A stretch of DNA of 64,000 bases, taken from Holophagales bacterium (GTDB lineage: Bacteria > Acidobacteriota > Thermoanaerobaculia > UBA5066). Location of the stretch: positions 60,101-124,100 of the forward strand of contig JADJVF010000013.1 in the NCBI GenBank assembly GCA_016716705.1, written 5' to 3'. Below are positions 19,980 through 29,649 of this stretch, in pieces (the stretch's first letter is position 1; every line of letters starts with the position of its first letter). Under the pieces are notes generated by a model. That model worked only from the letters and a program-made list of their open reading frames with translations, was not told where the DNA came from and did no database searches. The position numbers and the translations under genes were made by a program.

Positions 19980-20743
19980 CCGGCGCCGAAGCGGAAGCCG
20001 CGCGTCCCTCGGACAGCCTGCTCGTCCGCCTCGGGAACGTCGTGTTCCGCGTCCGCGACGGGCTCTTCCCGGCGGTGCTCGTCCTCCTCTTCGTCCTCAC
20101 GAAGCCCGAGTGGCCCGGCAACGACCAGCGGCTCGACGACATCCTCGACGTCGTCGGGGTGCTCGTGGCGATGCTGGGGCAGGCCCTTCGCGTCGCGGTG
20201 GTGGGGACGGTCTACGTCATCCGTGGCGGCCGGAACCGGAAGGTCTACGCGGAGGAGCTGGTGAGCGGGGGCTTCTTCGCCCACTGCCGCAATCCTCTCT
20301 ACGTCGGCAACCTGCTCGTCCTCCTCGGGCTCTTCGTCATCTGGAACGGCACGGTGGCCTATCTCGTGGGCGTGCCGTTCTTCCTCGTCGCCTACACCGC
20401 CATCGTCGCCGCCGAGGAGAACTTCCTGCGTGGAAAGTTCGGGGAGCCGTTCGACGAGTACTGCGCCCGGGTGCCGCGGTGGATCCCGAGGCTCCGCGGG
20501 CTCAGGGCCTCCCTCGCCGGGATGCGGTTCCACTGGCAGCGCGTCGTGATCAAGGAGTACGGAAGCACCGCGTCGTGGATGATCGCGGCGGCACTGCTGC
20601 TCCTCGCCGACTCGCTCGCCCACCAGACCTGGGACGCGCGACCCGTGTACCACGCCGCCTGCGTCGCGGTGCTTCCCGTCATCGCGGCCGCGTGGGGAAC
20701 GGCACGCTGGCTGAAGAAGACGAAGCGATTCCAGGACGACTGA
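19976..20743 (+). CDS. integral-membrane methyltransferase, ICMT/PEMT (isoprenylcysteine carboxyl methyltransferase) family
   Basis: The 255-aa polytopic protein has the family motif HCRNPLYVGNLLVLLG and EENFLRGKFGEPFDEY. A TTG start overlaps the cmoA stop by 4 bp. Confidence 0.65.
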   Translation: MTGAEAEAARPSDSLLVRLGNVVFRVRDGLFPAVLVLLFVLTKPEWPGNDQRLDDILDVVGVLVAMLGQALRVAVVGTVYVIRGGRNRKVYAEELVSGGFFAHCRNPLYVGNLLVLLGLFVIWNGTVAYLVGVPFFLVAYTAIVAAEENFLRGKFGEPFDEYCARVPRWIPRLRGLRASLAGMRFHWQRVVIKEYGSTASWMIAAALLLLADSLAHQTWDARPVYHAACVAVLPVIAAAWGTARWLKKTKRFQDD

Positions 20744-20801
20744 CGGATGCGGGGGAGCGCGCCCGCGGGATCCCGAGGCCGCTCCGCCAGGTGCGAAACT
20801 C

Positions 20802-21578
20802 GTGGGGATGGCCGACGCTCCTGACCCGAACGACCCCTACTCCCGCCTCTCCTACCGTCGCCTGATCGCCTGGCCGGCGCGGATCCAGCGCGAGGCTCCG
20901 TTCCTGCGGAGAGGTCCTCCGGCGAAGCGCCTTCGAAGCGCCTCCTCGACCTCGGCTGCGGGACGGGCGAGCACGCGCGCTTCCTGCAGGAGGACGGCTT
21001 CGACGTGACGGGCGTCGACGCGTCCGAGGCCCAGCTCGCCCAGGCGCGCGAGGCGGGGCCGGGGCCGGAGTTCGTCAAGAGGCGATCTCGCCGCGCTCGG
21101 AGAGGCCGTGAGCGGGCGATTCGGCGGCGCGATCGCACTGGGGAACGGCCTGCCGCACCTCTTCGCGGAGGGGATGGCCCGCTTCCTCTCGGGGCTGGCC
21201 GGCCTCCTGCTTCCCGGCTCCCCGGTCCTCTTCCAGCTCCTGAACTACGACCGGATCCTGGACCAGCGCGTGACGAGCCTCCCGCTCAACGTCCGCGAGG
21301 ACGACGCCGAACGCGTGGTTTTTCTCCGCCTCATGGACCCGCGCCCCGACGGCACCGTCCTCTTCAACCCGACGACACTTCGCTGGCGCCCCGGCGAGGA
21401 GCCGCCGGTGGAGGTCGTCACCGGAAAGAACGTCGTCCTGAAGGCGTGGCGGCGAGCCGAGCTCGAGGCGGCCCTTGCCGTCGCCGGTTTCCGCGTCGAA
21501 GCGGTCTTCGGCGGGATGAAGCGCGAAGGCTGGGACGTCGCAGCTTCATCCGACACGGTCGTCCTGGCCCGGAGGTGA
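20802..21578 (+). CDS. class I SAM-dependent methyltransferase; interrupted by two apparent frameshifts (near 20900 and near 21078)
   Basis: Three frame pieces join into ...PYSRLSYRRLIAWPARIQREAPFL / LLDLGCGTGEHARFLQEDGFDVTGVDASEAQLAQAREAGPGPEFVK / GDLAALGEAVSGRFGGAIALGNGLPHL.... The middle piece contains MTase motif I (DLGCGTG). Confidence 0.5.
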
Positions 21579-21596
21579 AGATGCCGAAGTCCGTCG

Positions 21597-21740
21597 ACCC
21601 CCCCCCCCGCCGGCATCCGCCCCCTCCCCCCCCTCCCGGGCCAGGACCCCCGCCGCGGGGGGGGGGCGCCGCGGGGCCGGCCCGTCCAAAGGGGCCGCCC
21701 CCCCGGGCGCGGCCGGGGGGGGGGGGGCGCCCCCCCTCGC
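21597..21740. repeat. poly-C / poly-G low-complexity tract (probable sequencing or assembly artefact)
   Basis: Runs of 8-14 C or G (cccccccccgcc...gggggggggggggcgcccccc) sit directly between the methyltransferase stop and the kinase start. Confidence 0.7.
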
Positions 21741-21764
21741 GGCGGGCCCGGCTCGGCGCCGGCC

Positions 21765-24458
21765 ATGATTCGGGGAAAGGAGAGATCCGGGACGGTGGAA
21801 GACGAACGACCCGATCCGGGCGACGCCGCGAACGCGGCCGGCGAGATCACCGTGCCGTCGGTGCGCCTCTTCGCCCCCGGCACCGAGATCGGCCGGCGCT
21901 ACGAGGTGCGCGGGGTTCTCGGCATGGGCGGCTCGGCCGTCGTCTACGAGGCGTTCGACCGGGAGCTGAAGCGGCGGGTCGCGCTGAAGGTCCTCCGGAC
22001 CGACCGGACGTCGGAGGCCTCCCTGAAGCGGTTCCGGCGCGAGGTGGCCATCGCGCGCGACGCGGCGGGGAGCCGTCTCGTCCGGGTCTTCGACATCGGT
22101 CAGGCGGGCGACACCGTCTTCCTGACGATGGAGCTCGTGGAGGGGGAGTCGCTTCGGGAGCTGCTCGCACGCGGCCCGCTTCCGCCGGAACGTGCCGTCG
22201 AGATCGGCTCCGAGGTGCTTCGCGCCCTCGCCGACCTGCACGCCCTCGGCATCGTCCACCGCGACGTGAAGCCGGGGAACATCCTCCTGGCGGCGACGGG
22301 CGAGGTGAAGCTCGCCGACTTCGGCCTCGCGCGGCACTGGGAAGGGACGGAGACGCGCGTCACGGAGACCGAGGGGCTCGTCGGCACGGTGGAGTACCTC
22401 TCTCCCGAGCAGGCGCTCGGCGACCTCCTCGACGCGCGGAGCGACCTCTACTCGTTCGGCGTCGTCCTCTTCGAGATGCTCGCGGGGAAGGTGCCGCTGC
22501 GCGGCGACTCGGCCATCGGGACGATCGTGGCGCACATCCGCCAGGAGCCGCCCGACGTGAGGAAGCTCCGGCCGCAGGCGCCCTCCTGGCTCGCGGGGGT
22601 CGTGACACGCCTCCTCGCCAAGGACCGCGAGAGGCGCTACGCGACGGCCGCCGACGTCCTTTCCGATCTCGAATCCCGGAAGGCGCGAAGGGCGCCCGGC
22701 GCCTTCGCCGGCCCCTTGCGATCGGCATCCCGGCCGCGTTTCTCGCGATCCTCCTCGTCCTGGCGCTCGTACCGGTCTTTCCGGTGGAACCGGCCGCGCC
22801 TTCTCGCGCCTCGTGCCGGACGGCGGGGGAGTCCAGGCGCTCGACGGGGGCCGGCTCCTCTGGCGGCGTGCGGGCGCCGAAGCGGGGCGTCAGGTCACGA
22901 TCGTCCGGCTCGGGGGAGGGCGCACCGCGGCCGTTGCCGTGTGGGGCGGTCTCACCGACACGAGGAAAGCGCTCGAGGTCCTGGATCCGTTCACCGGTCG
23001 GACCGTTTCCGAGATGCCGCTTCCCCAGCCGATCTTCGCGTTCCCCGGATTTGCGGATACGTACGTCGTCGGAGCCCTGTTCGCCTTCGACGTCGAAGGG
23101 GACGGCGTCGACGAGGTCGCGGTGAGGCTCCAGCACGTCCCTCTTCCCTTCGGCGACCTACGTCTGCGACCTCGCGCGCCGGCGGGTCCTCGCAGCCTTC
23201 TACGGCTCGGGGCATCACTACGCGGCGGCCGCGGCGGACGTCGACGGGGACGGCCGAAAGGAGCTCGTTCTCACCGGCTACAACAACCGGATGGGGTACT
23301 CCGGCGCGGTGGCAGCGTTCCGCGTGCCGAAGGAAGGGGAGGTCGGGGGCGGCGGCACCGAGCTCCCGTCCGCAGAATCGCCGGACCGCCCGACCTGGGA
23401 GGGCTGGTCCCCGCTTCTCGCCTGGTACGCGCTCGTGCCGCTCGCCGCCGTCGGCGGGAGATCGTCGATCACCGTCGACACTTCCGGGGCCGTCGTCGGC
23501 GTCGGGCCCTTCGGGCCGCGCCGGGTCGAACTCGCCGCTCGACGGCTTCCCGCGAGCCTCGCGCGAGAACGGGGAGGTGCAGCGGCGCGCCCTTGCGCGC
23601 GAGGAGGCGTACGTTCACCTCCGGGAGACGGCGCGGCTGGGCGAGACGGGCGACCCGGCGGCGGAGCTCGTAGAGGCGGAGCTGGCGCTGGAGAGATCCC
23701 GTGCCGCGGGCGACGTTCCGCTCACGCAGTGGGCGTCCCGCGTCCGGGCGAAGGCGCTCCTCGACGCCGGGCGCCCGGCCGACGCGGACTCCGCCTGGGT
23801 CTCCTCCTTCGAGCGCTCGGAGGAGCCTGCGCCCGTCGCCCTCGAGGCGGGCCGGGCGTTCCACCTCAAGGGAGAGCTGGCCCGGGCGGTCTCCTGGTAC
23901 CGGCGGGGCCTCGGTGGGCGAGGCAGCCACGCCCGGGGCGGTCATCACCCGAGGGACCTCGCCGGCGGCGAAATCCTCGCCCTCGGCGAGATGGGCCGGT
24001 GGGAAAACGCGGCGGTCGAGATCGACCGGTTCGAGACGGCCTTCCCGGAGCTGGCGTCGGACGTCGCAAACTTCCGTGCCTACGTCGCCTGGCGGACGCT
24101 TCGCCGGCCGCAACGCCTCGAGGATCGCGACGACGACCCCGGGCTCTACCGCTACTGGAGGCTCGAGTCGCGCCGCGTCCTCGGCGATGCGCCGGCGACG
24201 CTCCTCGGCGAGGTCGACCGGCTCGGCAGGGAGGCGCCGGACGTGGCTCCGCTCCTCGCGTCGCTGCGGGCAGAGCTCCTCTTCGACACCGGTCGCGTGG
24301 CCGAAGGGAAGGTGCTCGCCGCCGAGGCCGTGGCCGACGCCACGCGCGAGGCGACGGCCGACGTGGGAATCCGGGCACACCTGCCGCTCGTCGTCGAGAG
24401 AGCCCGGCGTCGCGGGGCGCTCGCGGTCAGGTCCGCTGCAGCAGCAGGACGACGGTGA
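21765..24458 (+). CDS. Ser/Thr protein kinase with a TM segment, an extracytoplasmic FG-GAP/beta-propeller-like domain and a C-terminal TPR-like helical domain; the frame is broken at least three times
   Basis: Hanks kinase motifs are present: VALKVL, HRDVKPGNILL, DFGLAR, GTVEYLSPE. After a frameshift near 22712 a TM helix follows (LAIGIPAAFLAILLVLALV). Segments in other frames carry DVDGDGRKELVLTGYNNRMGYSG and FDVEGDGVDEVAV, which are FG-GAP-like. The C-terminal helical-repeat region returns to the original frame and ends at 24458. Confidence 0.7.
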   Translation: MIRGKERSGTVEDERPDPGDAANAAGEITVPSVRLFAPGTEIGRRYEVRGVLGMGGSAVVYEAFDRELKRRVALKVLRTDRTSEASLKRFRREVAIARDAAGSRLVRVFDIGQAGDTVFLTMELVEGESLRELLARGPLPPERAVEIGSEVLRALADLHALGIVHRDVKPGNILLAATGEVKLADFGLARHWEGTETRVTETEGLVGTVEYLSPEQALGDLLDARSDLYSFGVVLFEMLAGKVPLRGDSAIGTIVAHIRQEPPDVRKLRPQAPSWLAGVVTRLLAKDRERRYATAADVLSDLESRKARRAPGAFAGPLRSASRPRFSRSSSSWRSYRSFRWNRPRLLAPRAGRRGSPGARRGPAPLAACGRRSGASGHDRPARGRAHRGRCRVGRSHRHEESARGPGSVHRSDRFRDAASPADLRVPRICGYVRRRSPVRLRRRRGRRRRGRGEAPARPSSLRRPTSATSRAGGSSQPSTARGITTRRPRRTSTGTAERSSFSPATTTGWGTPARWQRSACRRKGRSGAAAPSSRPQNRRTARPGRAGPRFSPGTRSCRSPPSAGDRRSPSTLPGPSSASGPSGRAGSNSPLDGFPRASRENGEVQRRALAREEAYVHLRETARLGETGDPAAELVEAELALERSRAAGDVPLTQWASRVRAKALLDAGRPADADSAWVSSFERSEEPAPVALEAGRAFHLKGELARAVSWYRRGLGGRGSHARGGHHPRDLAGGEILALGEMGRWENAAVEIDRFETAFPELASDVANFRAYVAWRTLRRPQRLEDRDDDPGLYRYWRLESRRVLGDAPATLLGEVDRLGREAPDVAPLLASLRAELLFDTGRVAEGKVLAAEAVADATREATADVGIRAHLPLVVERARRRGALAVRSAAAAGRR

Positions 24459-25200
24459 CGCCGAGGCCGATGACGACGACGGCCGCCCGCGCCTTCTCCT
24501 TGCCGATGCGCCGGGCGAAGTGCGCCCCCGCGTAGCCGCCGACCGTCGCCCCCGCGATCATCACGAGCGCGATCGGCCAGAGGACGGCGCCGTTCAGGAT
24601 GAACCAGGCCGCGGCGACCGCGTTGATCGTGATGCCGAAGAAGTTCTTCAGGCCGTTCATCGCGTGGATGTCGGTGAGGCCGAGGAAGCCGAGGACGACG
24701 AGCATCAGGATGCCGATGCCGGCGCCGAAGTAGCCGCCGTAGACGGCGACCGCGAGCTGGGCGAGGGTGGCCACGCCCCAGCGGGCCTTCGTCGGGCCGT
24801 CGGGCGCGTGCAACTCGACGTCGCCCTTCCGCTTCGAGAGGACGATCTGGAGCATGAAGAGAAGCGTCGCGAAGAGGACGAGGAACGGAGCGAGGCTCGC
24901 GAAGAGCTTCTCCGGAGTCTTCAGGAGGAGGACCGACCCGATGCCGCCGCCGACGAGGCTCGGGAGGAAGAGCGTCTTCAGCCAGGCGCGGTGGGTCGCC
25001 ACCTCGCGCCGGTAGCCGGCGAGGCTCGCGGCCGCCCCGGGGAGGAGCGCGATCGTCGACGTCGCGTTCGCCTGGATCGCCGGGACCCCGAGGAGGATGA
25101 GCGTGGGGAAGGTGAGGATCGTCCCTCCCCCCGCGAGGGCGTTCATGACCCCCGCGCCGGCCGAAGAGGCGAGGAGCGCGGCGATCTGTCCGCCCGTCAC
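24427..25200 (-). CDS. TauE/SafE (TSUP, DUF81) family anion permease
   Basis: The 257-aa protein has 7-8 TM helices and a Gly-rich internal repeat (GGGTILTFPTL...; YGGYFGAGIGILMLVVLGF). Confidence 0.8.
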   Translation of the reverse strand: MTGGQIAALLASSAGAGVMNALAGGGTILTFPTLILLGVPAIQANATSTIALLPGAAASLAGYRREVATHRAWLKTLFLPSLVGGGIGSVLLLKTPEKLFASLAPFLVLFATLLFMLQIVLSKRKGDVELHAPDGPTKARWGVATLAQLAVAVYGGYFGAGIGILMLVVLGFLGLTDIHAMNGLKNFFGITINAVAAAWFILNGAVLWPIALVMIAGATVGGYAGAHFARRIGKEKARAAVVVIGLGVTVVLLLQRT

Positions 25201-26099
25201 TTCTTCTCCGCCGGGGTGGAGGATTCACGGGGCGCGTCCGGGGTCATCGACCACTCGAGCCAGGAGCCCTGGTAGAGCCTCGCGTCGGGGTGGCCGAGCC
25301 GGAACTTCAGCGTGTAGAAGGTTGCCGAGGCCTGGTGGCCGCTGTTGCAGTAGACGACGACGGGCTTCTCCCACGAGACGCCCGCGGCTTCCAGCTCCTC
25401 GCGTGTCGCGGCCTCGGGGCGGAACGAGCCGCCCTCGACGTCCTTCTTCCAGAAGCGGTTCTTCGCCCCCGGAATGCGTCCCGCGGCCCAGCTCTCTTCC
25501 GGCCGCACGTCGAGGAAGACGGTCCTTCCATCGCCGACCCGTTTCTTCACGTCGTCGATCCGGATGAGAAACGAGGTGTCGCCCTGGAGACCCGGCCTTG
25601 CGGCAGGGGAGAGCATGCGGTCTTTCGTCGTCGCACGGGCCTCGGTCGTCCAGCGCGAGAAGCCGCCGTCGAGGACGGAGACCTTTCGTGCCCCGGCGAT
25701 CAGGGCGGCCGTGGCGACGTACGTCGCGTCGTTGTCGCTCTCGGCGCCGTAGACGACGACGTGCGACCCGGAGGTCACCCCGGCGCGGGCGAAGAGCACG
25801 CCGAGGACCTCGGGCGGGTATGTCGTGGCGGGGACGCCGCCCGACGTGGACCGGAGGTTCTCGACCGCGACGCTCTGCGCCCCCGGCAGGTGCGCGACGA
25901 GGAAGTCGCGCATCGGCCGGGCGTCGAGGAGGACGACGTCCTTCGCGGCGAGGTTCGCCTGGAGCCACTCGCCCGAGACGACGGCCGGGGCCGCGGGGGC
26001 CTTCGGCGCCGCGGCCGCACGGGCGATCGGGGCGAGGGCGACGGCAAGGAAGGCGAGGAGGAGGGGGAAGCGGTCGAGGGCGCGCAGGGAGGACCTCAT
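25197..26099 (-). CDS. thiosulfate / 3-mercaptopyruvate sulfurtransferase (tandem rhodanese domains), with a signal peptide
   Basis: It has two rhodanese domains, and the second carries the active-site Cys loop VVVYCNSGHQAS. The N-terminus is a signal peptide (MRSSLRALDRFPLLLAFLAVALAPIARA). It overlaps tauE by 4 bp. Confidence 0.8.
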   Translation of the reverse strand: MRSSLRALDRFPLLLAFLAVALAPIARAAAAPKAPAAPAVVSGEWLQANLAAKDVVLLDARPMRDFLVAHLPGAQSVAVENLRSTSGGVPATTYPPEVLGVLFARAGVTSGSHVVVYGAESDNDATYVATAALIAGARKVSVLDGGFSRWTTEARATTKDRMLSPAARPGLQGDTSFLIRIDDVKKRVGDGRTVFLDVRPEESWAAGRIPGAKNRFWKKDVEGGSFRPEAATREELEAAGVSWEKPVVVYCNSGHQASATFYTLKFRLGHPDARLYQGSWLEWSMTPDAPRESSTPAEKK

Positions 26100-26140
26100 G
26101 CAGCCAATGATGCCAGCAGGCAGGCTATCCTCCGCGCCGC

Positions 26141-26947
26141 ATGAGCAGACGTGTCGGCCTCTGGCTCCTTGCCCTTCTCCTCACGCTCGGCTCCGCCGTG
26201 TTTCAGCGTCTCACCGGACCGACCCAGCCGGTCCGTGGCAGGGTGACTCTCGGCGGGGCCGAGATCCGCCTTCGCCTTCTCCGCTCTCACGGCGGGGACG
26301 GCGACCAGCCGGTCGTCGTGAAGGTCGCGGATCCGGCCGTCACGGGCACCGTCGCCTGGCGCCGCTACCCGACGAACGACCCGTACGCCTCCCTGCCGAT
26401 GATCCGCGATGGAGAAGCTCTGAAGGCGGCGCTGCCGCACCAGCCCCCCGCGGGGAAGCTCGAATACCAGGTACAGCTGGCGCGTGGCGGGGAGAAGGCG
26501 CTCTTCCCCGAGCGGCCGGCGATCACGCGGTTCAAGGGAGCGGTCTCCGCGGCGATCCTCGCCCCGCACATCAGCGCGATGTTCACGGGGATGCTCGTGG
26601 CAAACGCCGCCGGCCTCCTCGCCCTGCGCGGCGAGAGGAGACTCTTCCGCATCTCTCTCGTCGTCATCGCCCTCCTGTCGATCGGCGGGCTCTTCCTCGG
26701 GCCGCTCGTCCAGAAGGCCGCGTTCGGGGCCTACTGGACCGGCTGGCCCTTCGGCTCCGACCTGACCGACAACAAGACCGCCGTGGCCGTCCTCGCGTGG
26801 GTCGTCGCCGCGTTCCGCGCGCGCGGAGGCCGCGACGCGCGGATCGCCGTCGTCGTCGCGGCGGTCGTCACGCTCGCCGTCTTCATGGTCCCCCACAGCG
26901 CGTGGGGCTCGCAGGTCGACTGGTCGAAGCTCCCGCCGCCGAAGTAG
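26141..26947 (+). CDS. hypothetical membrane protein (N-terminal TM, ~100-aa extracytoplasmic domain, 4 C-terminal TM helices)
   Basis: Only ORF structure and hydropathy pattern support this call. I did not recognise the family. Confidence 0.4.
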   Translation: MSRRVGLWLLALLLTLGSAVFQRLTGPTQPVRGRVTLGGAEIRLRLLRSHGGDGDQPVVVKVADPAVTGTVAWRRYPTNDPYASLPMIRDGEALKAALPHQPPAGKLEYQVQLARGGEKALFPERPAITRFKGAVSAAILAPHISAMFTGMLVANAAGLLALRGERRLFRISLVVIALLSIGGLFLGPLVQKAAFGAYWTGWPFGSDLTDNKTAVAVLAWVVAAFRARGGRDARIAVVVAAVVTLAVFMVPHSAWGSQVDWSKLPPPK

Positions 26948-27182
26948 AGGCGGGGCGACCCGCAGCGGCGGCCGCGCTCCGCCCGGTCGACCTGCTCCTC
27001 ACCGGAACGTTTCGCCGTCTCGCCTCGAGGTGAGAGCCCCGGGGCATCCGGGGTACGTCTCCGCGCGGTCCGCCGCCCGGAACCCGTGCGCCACGAATCG
27101 GTTGGAGGGTCGCAGTCGCCGTCGCGACGCGATGGCTCGGCGCTTGCGCTTCCGAGGGTGAACCCACCCGAAGGAGGCCGCC

Positions 27183-28670
27183 ATGAGCAACACCCTCTGC
27201 ATCGTCTCGCCCGCGGCCGGACGGAAGGAACGGGCGAGCGGCATCCGGTGGATCCGCTTCAGCGAGATCGCGGAGCTCGCCCTCCTCCTCCTGACGCCGC
27301 TCGCTCCCGCCCGTGCTGTCCTCGCGGCCGACGACGCGGATACTCCTGTGGAGGCGGCCGACACGATGAGAGCGCGCGCCGGCGTTGCGCGGAAGAACGA
27401 GGGAACCCGGAGGCGCTTCGGCCTTGCGGCCGCGGACATGGCGGCGGCCCTCGTCGTCCCGTGGGCCCAGAACCGCTACCTCGCCGACGAGGAGTGGTCC
27501 CGCATCTCGATGCGGACCCTGGACGGGAACTTCCACGCGGCCTTCTGCTACGACGACGACGACCTCCTGATGAACCAGATGGCCCACCCCATCCACGGGA
27601 GCGTCTATTTCAACGCCGGGAGGACGAACGGGTTCACGTTCTGGGAATCGACGCTCGTCGCGACGCTCGGGAGCCTCGCCTGGGAGTACGGATTCGAGAA
27701 CACGGCTCCCTCGAGGAACGACATGCTCAACACGGTCCTCGGCGGCTCGGTCCTCGGGGAGGCCGGCTTCCGGATCTCCCGCGCCGTCCTCGACAACACC
27801 TCCACCGGGACGACCCGCTTCTTCCGGGAGCTGGCCGGCGCCCTCGTCAACCCCGTCAGCGGCGTCAACCGGCTCGTGACCGGGGAGGCCTGGAGAAAGG
27901 CCCCGAACCCGGAGGACCGTCTCCCGGGCCGCCTCGACACCGAGGTCGCGGCCGGGTGGGCGCGCAGCCGCGGCACGCATCACGCCGACCAGAGGTTTGC
28001 CGCGCTGACGCTGGGCTGGGGAGACCCGTTCGAGTCACCGGTGAAGAAGCCCTTCGACTCCTTCGACCTCGAGCTGAGGGTCGCGGCCCCGGCGAGGACG
28101 GCCGTGACGACGGCGTCCGTCCGTGGCGTCCTCGGCGCCTGGCGCCTCGGCGAGGCGGGAGAAGGTCCGGGCCACCTCCTCGGCATCGGGATGCGCTACG
28201 ACTACCTGACTCCCGATTCCGAGTCGTTCGCGGGCGAGTCGTTCGAGTTCGGTCTCTTCTCCCGATTCCCGTTCCGGAAGGATCTCGAGGTCCGGACCGA
28301 GGCGCAGGCCGTCGTCTTCCCGATCGTAGCCGTAGACACCGATTGTCCGAGGCGCGCGGAACGCACGGGGGCGCGGACCCACGACTTCAGCCGCGGCGGC
28401 GGGCCGCGCCTCGACGCCCGCCTGACGAGGGCCGGCATCGACCTCGTCCGCCTCTCGTGGGCCATGGCGTGGCTCGACACGTCCAACGGCGTCACCTCCT
28501 CGACGCGCGTGCAGTGGGCCCGGGCCGAGGGGCGGTGGCCGGTCGTCGCGAGACTCACTGTCGGAGCGGCCTGGTCGTGGTACGAGAGGTCGTCCTCCTA
28601 CCCCGCCGCGGCGGCCATCACCAAGACGCACAGCCAGGGGAGCGTCTTCGTCTCCTGGCACCCCCGGTAG
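27183..28670 (+). CDS. hypothetical secreted protein, possibly DUF3943-like
   Basis: The 495-aa ORF has a conserved-looking HPIHGSVYFNAGRTNGFTFWEST segment and an internal signal-peptide-like stretch (LALLLLTPLAPARAVLAADD), so the true start may be downstream. The family assignment is from memory and weak. Confidence 0.35.
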   Translation: MSNTLCIVSPAAGRKERASGIRWIRFSEIAELALLLLTPLAPARAVLAADDADTPVEAADTMRARAGVARKNEGTRRRFGLAAADMAAALVVPWAQNRYLADEEWSRISMRTLDGNFHAAFCYDDDDLLMNQMAHPIHGSVYFNAGRTNGFTFWESTLVATLGSLAWEYGFENTAPSRNDMLNTVLGGSVLGEAGFRISRAVLDNTSTGTTRFFRELAGALVNPVSGVNRLVTGEAWRKAPNPEDRLPGRLDTEVAAGWARSRGTHHADQRFAALTLGWGDPFESPVKKPFDSFDLELRVAAPARTAVTTASVRGVLGAWRLGEAGEGPGHLLGIGMRYDYLTPDSESFAGESFEFGLFSRFPFRKDLEVRTEAQAVVFPIVAVDTDCPRRAERTGARTHDFSRGGGPRLDARLTRAGIDLVRLSWAMAWLDTSNGVTSSTRVQWARAEGRWPVVARLTVGAAWSWYERSSSYPAAAAITKTHSQGSVFVSWHPR

Positions 28671-28677
28671 GATTGCC

Positions 28678-29595
28678 ATGCTGGAAACACGCAAAGGCGA
28701 CCGCCCCGGGACGGGAAACGAAGCCTCCGCGTTCCGCGCCGCGCGACGCCCTGGAGGCTTCCGCCGGGTTCGCCGGGCGGCCGCGCTCGCCGTGGCCCTG
28801 GCGCTCGGGAATCCGGCCGCTGCCGAAGACGCGGAGGCCGGGGACAACGGAGCTCCCCGGCGCAGCGCCTTCACCTTCGTTGGCGCGGAGCTGGCCCGCT
28901 GGGGTTCCGACTCCGTGGCTCTCGTGAAGGCGCCCGCCTCGTGGGATGCGACGGACTGGGAGCGGTTCGGGCTCCTCGGCGCCGGCCTGGGCGGGCTCTT
29001 CCTCGTGGACGAGTCGGTCTACCGGTACGTCGAGGACCACCGGACCGAGGCCGGAGACCGGTTCGCCAGGGCCGTGACCCCGTTCGGGCAGGAGTACGCC
29101 TTCGGTCTCTCGGTCGGACTCCTCGCCGGGGGTCTCGTCTTCTCGGCTCCCGGGACCCGGGACACCGGTCGCGACGCCCTCGAGGCGTCGATCCTCAGCT
29201 TCGTGATCGCGAATCTCGTCCTGAAGCCGGTCATCGGGCGCCAGCGGCCCTACGTCTCGAACGGAGAGACCGTCTTCGACCCGTTCTCCCACGACCCGTC
29301 CTTTCCCTCGGGGCACACGACGGAGGCCTTCGCGGTCGCTTCGGTGATCGCGATGCGCAGCGAAGGCTGGGTCGTTCCGACCCTCGCCTATGCGACGGCG
29401 TCCCTCGTGGCGGTCTCGCGCGTCGAACAGAGCCACCACTTCACGAGCGACGTCTTCGCGGGCGCGGTCCTCGGGATCACCGTCGGCCGGTTCGTCGTGT
29501 CCCGCCACCGGCCGGTTCCCGACGGCCCGCCGCCGGCGACACGCGTCACGCTCGTCGCCATCCCCCACGGCCTTGCCGTCCACGTGTCGTGGTGA
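28678..29595 (+). CDS. PAP2-superfamily phosphatase (phosphatidic acid phosphatase type 2 / haloperoxidase fold), secreted
   Basis: All three PAP2 motifs are present: KPVIGRQRP, FPSGHTT, SRVEQSHHFTSDV. The N-terminus has a signal peptide. Confidence 0.7.
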   Translation: MLETRKGDRPGTGNEASAFRAARRPGGFRRVRRAAALAVALALGNPAAAEDAEAGDNGAPRRSAFTFVGAELARWGSDSVALVKAPASWDATDWERFGLLGAGLGGLFLVDESVYRYVEDHRTEAGDRFARAVTPFGQEYAFGLSVGLLAGGLVFSAPGTRDTGRDALEASILSFVIANLVLKPVIGRQRPYVSNGETVFDPFSHDPSFPSGHTTEAFAVASVIAMRSEGWVVPTLAYATASLVAVSRVEQSHHFTSDVFAGAVLGITVGRFVVSRHRPVPDGPPPATRVTLVAIPHGLAVHVSW

Positions 29596-29649
29596 ACCGG
29601 GGGGCAGCCCGGCGGGGGAGCCGTACGGCTCCCCCGCCGGAAACACACG

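Noticed and set aside
24427-26099. The TauE/SafE permease plus rhodanese pair with a 4-bp overlap.
   Set aside because: This is a common, well-known pairing for sulfur-compound export and transfer, and it is not novel.
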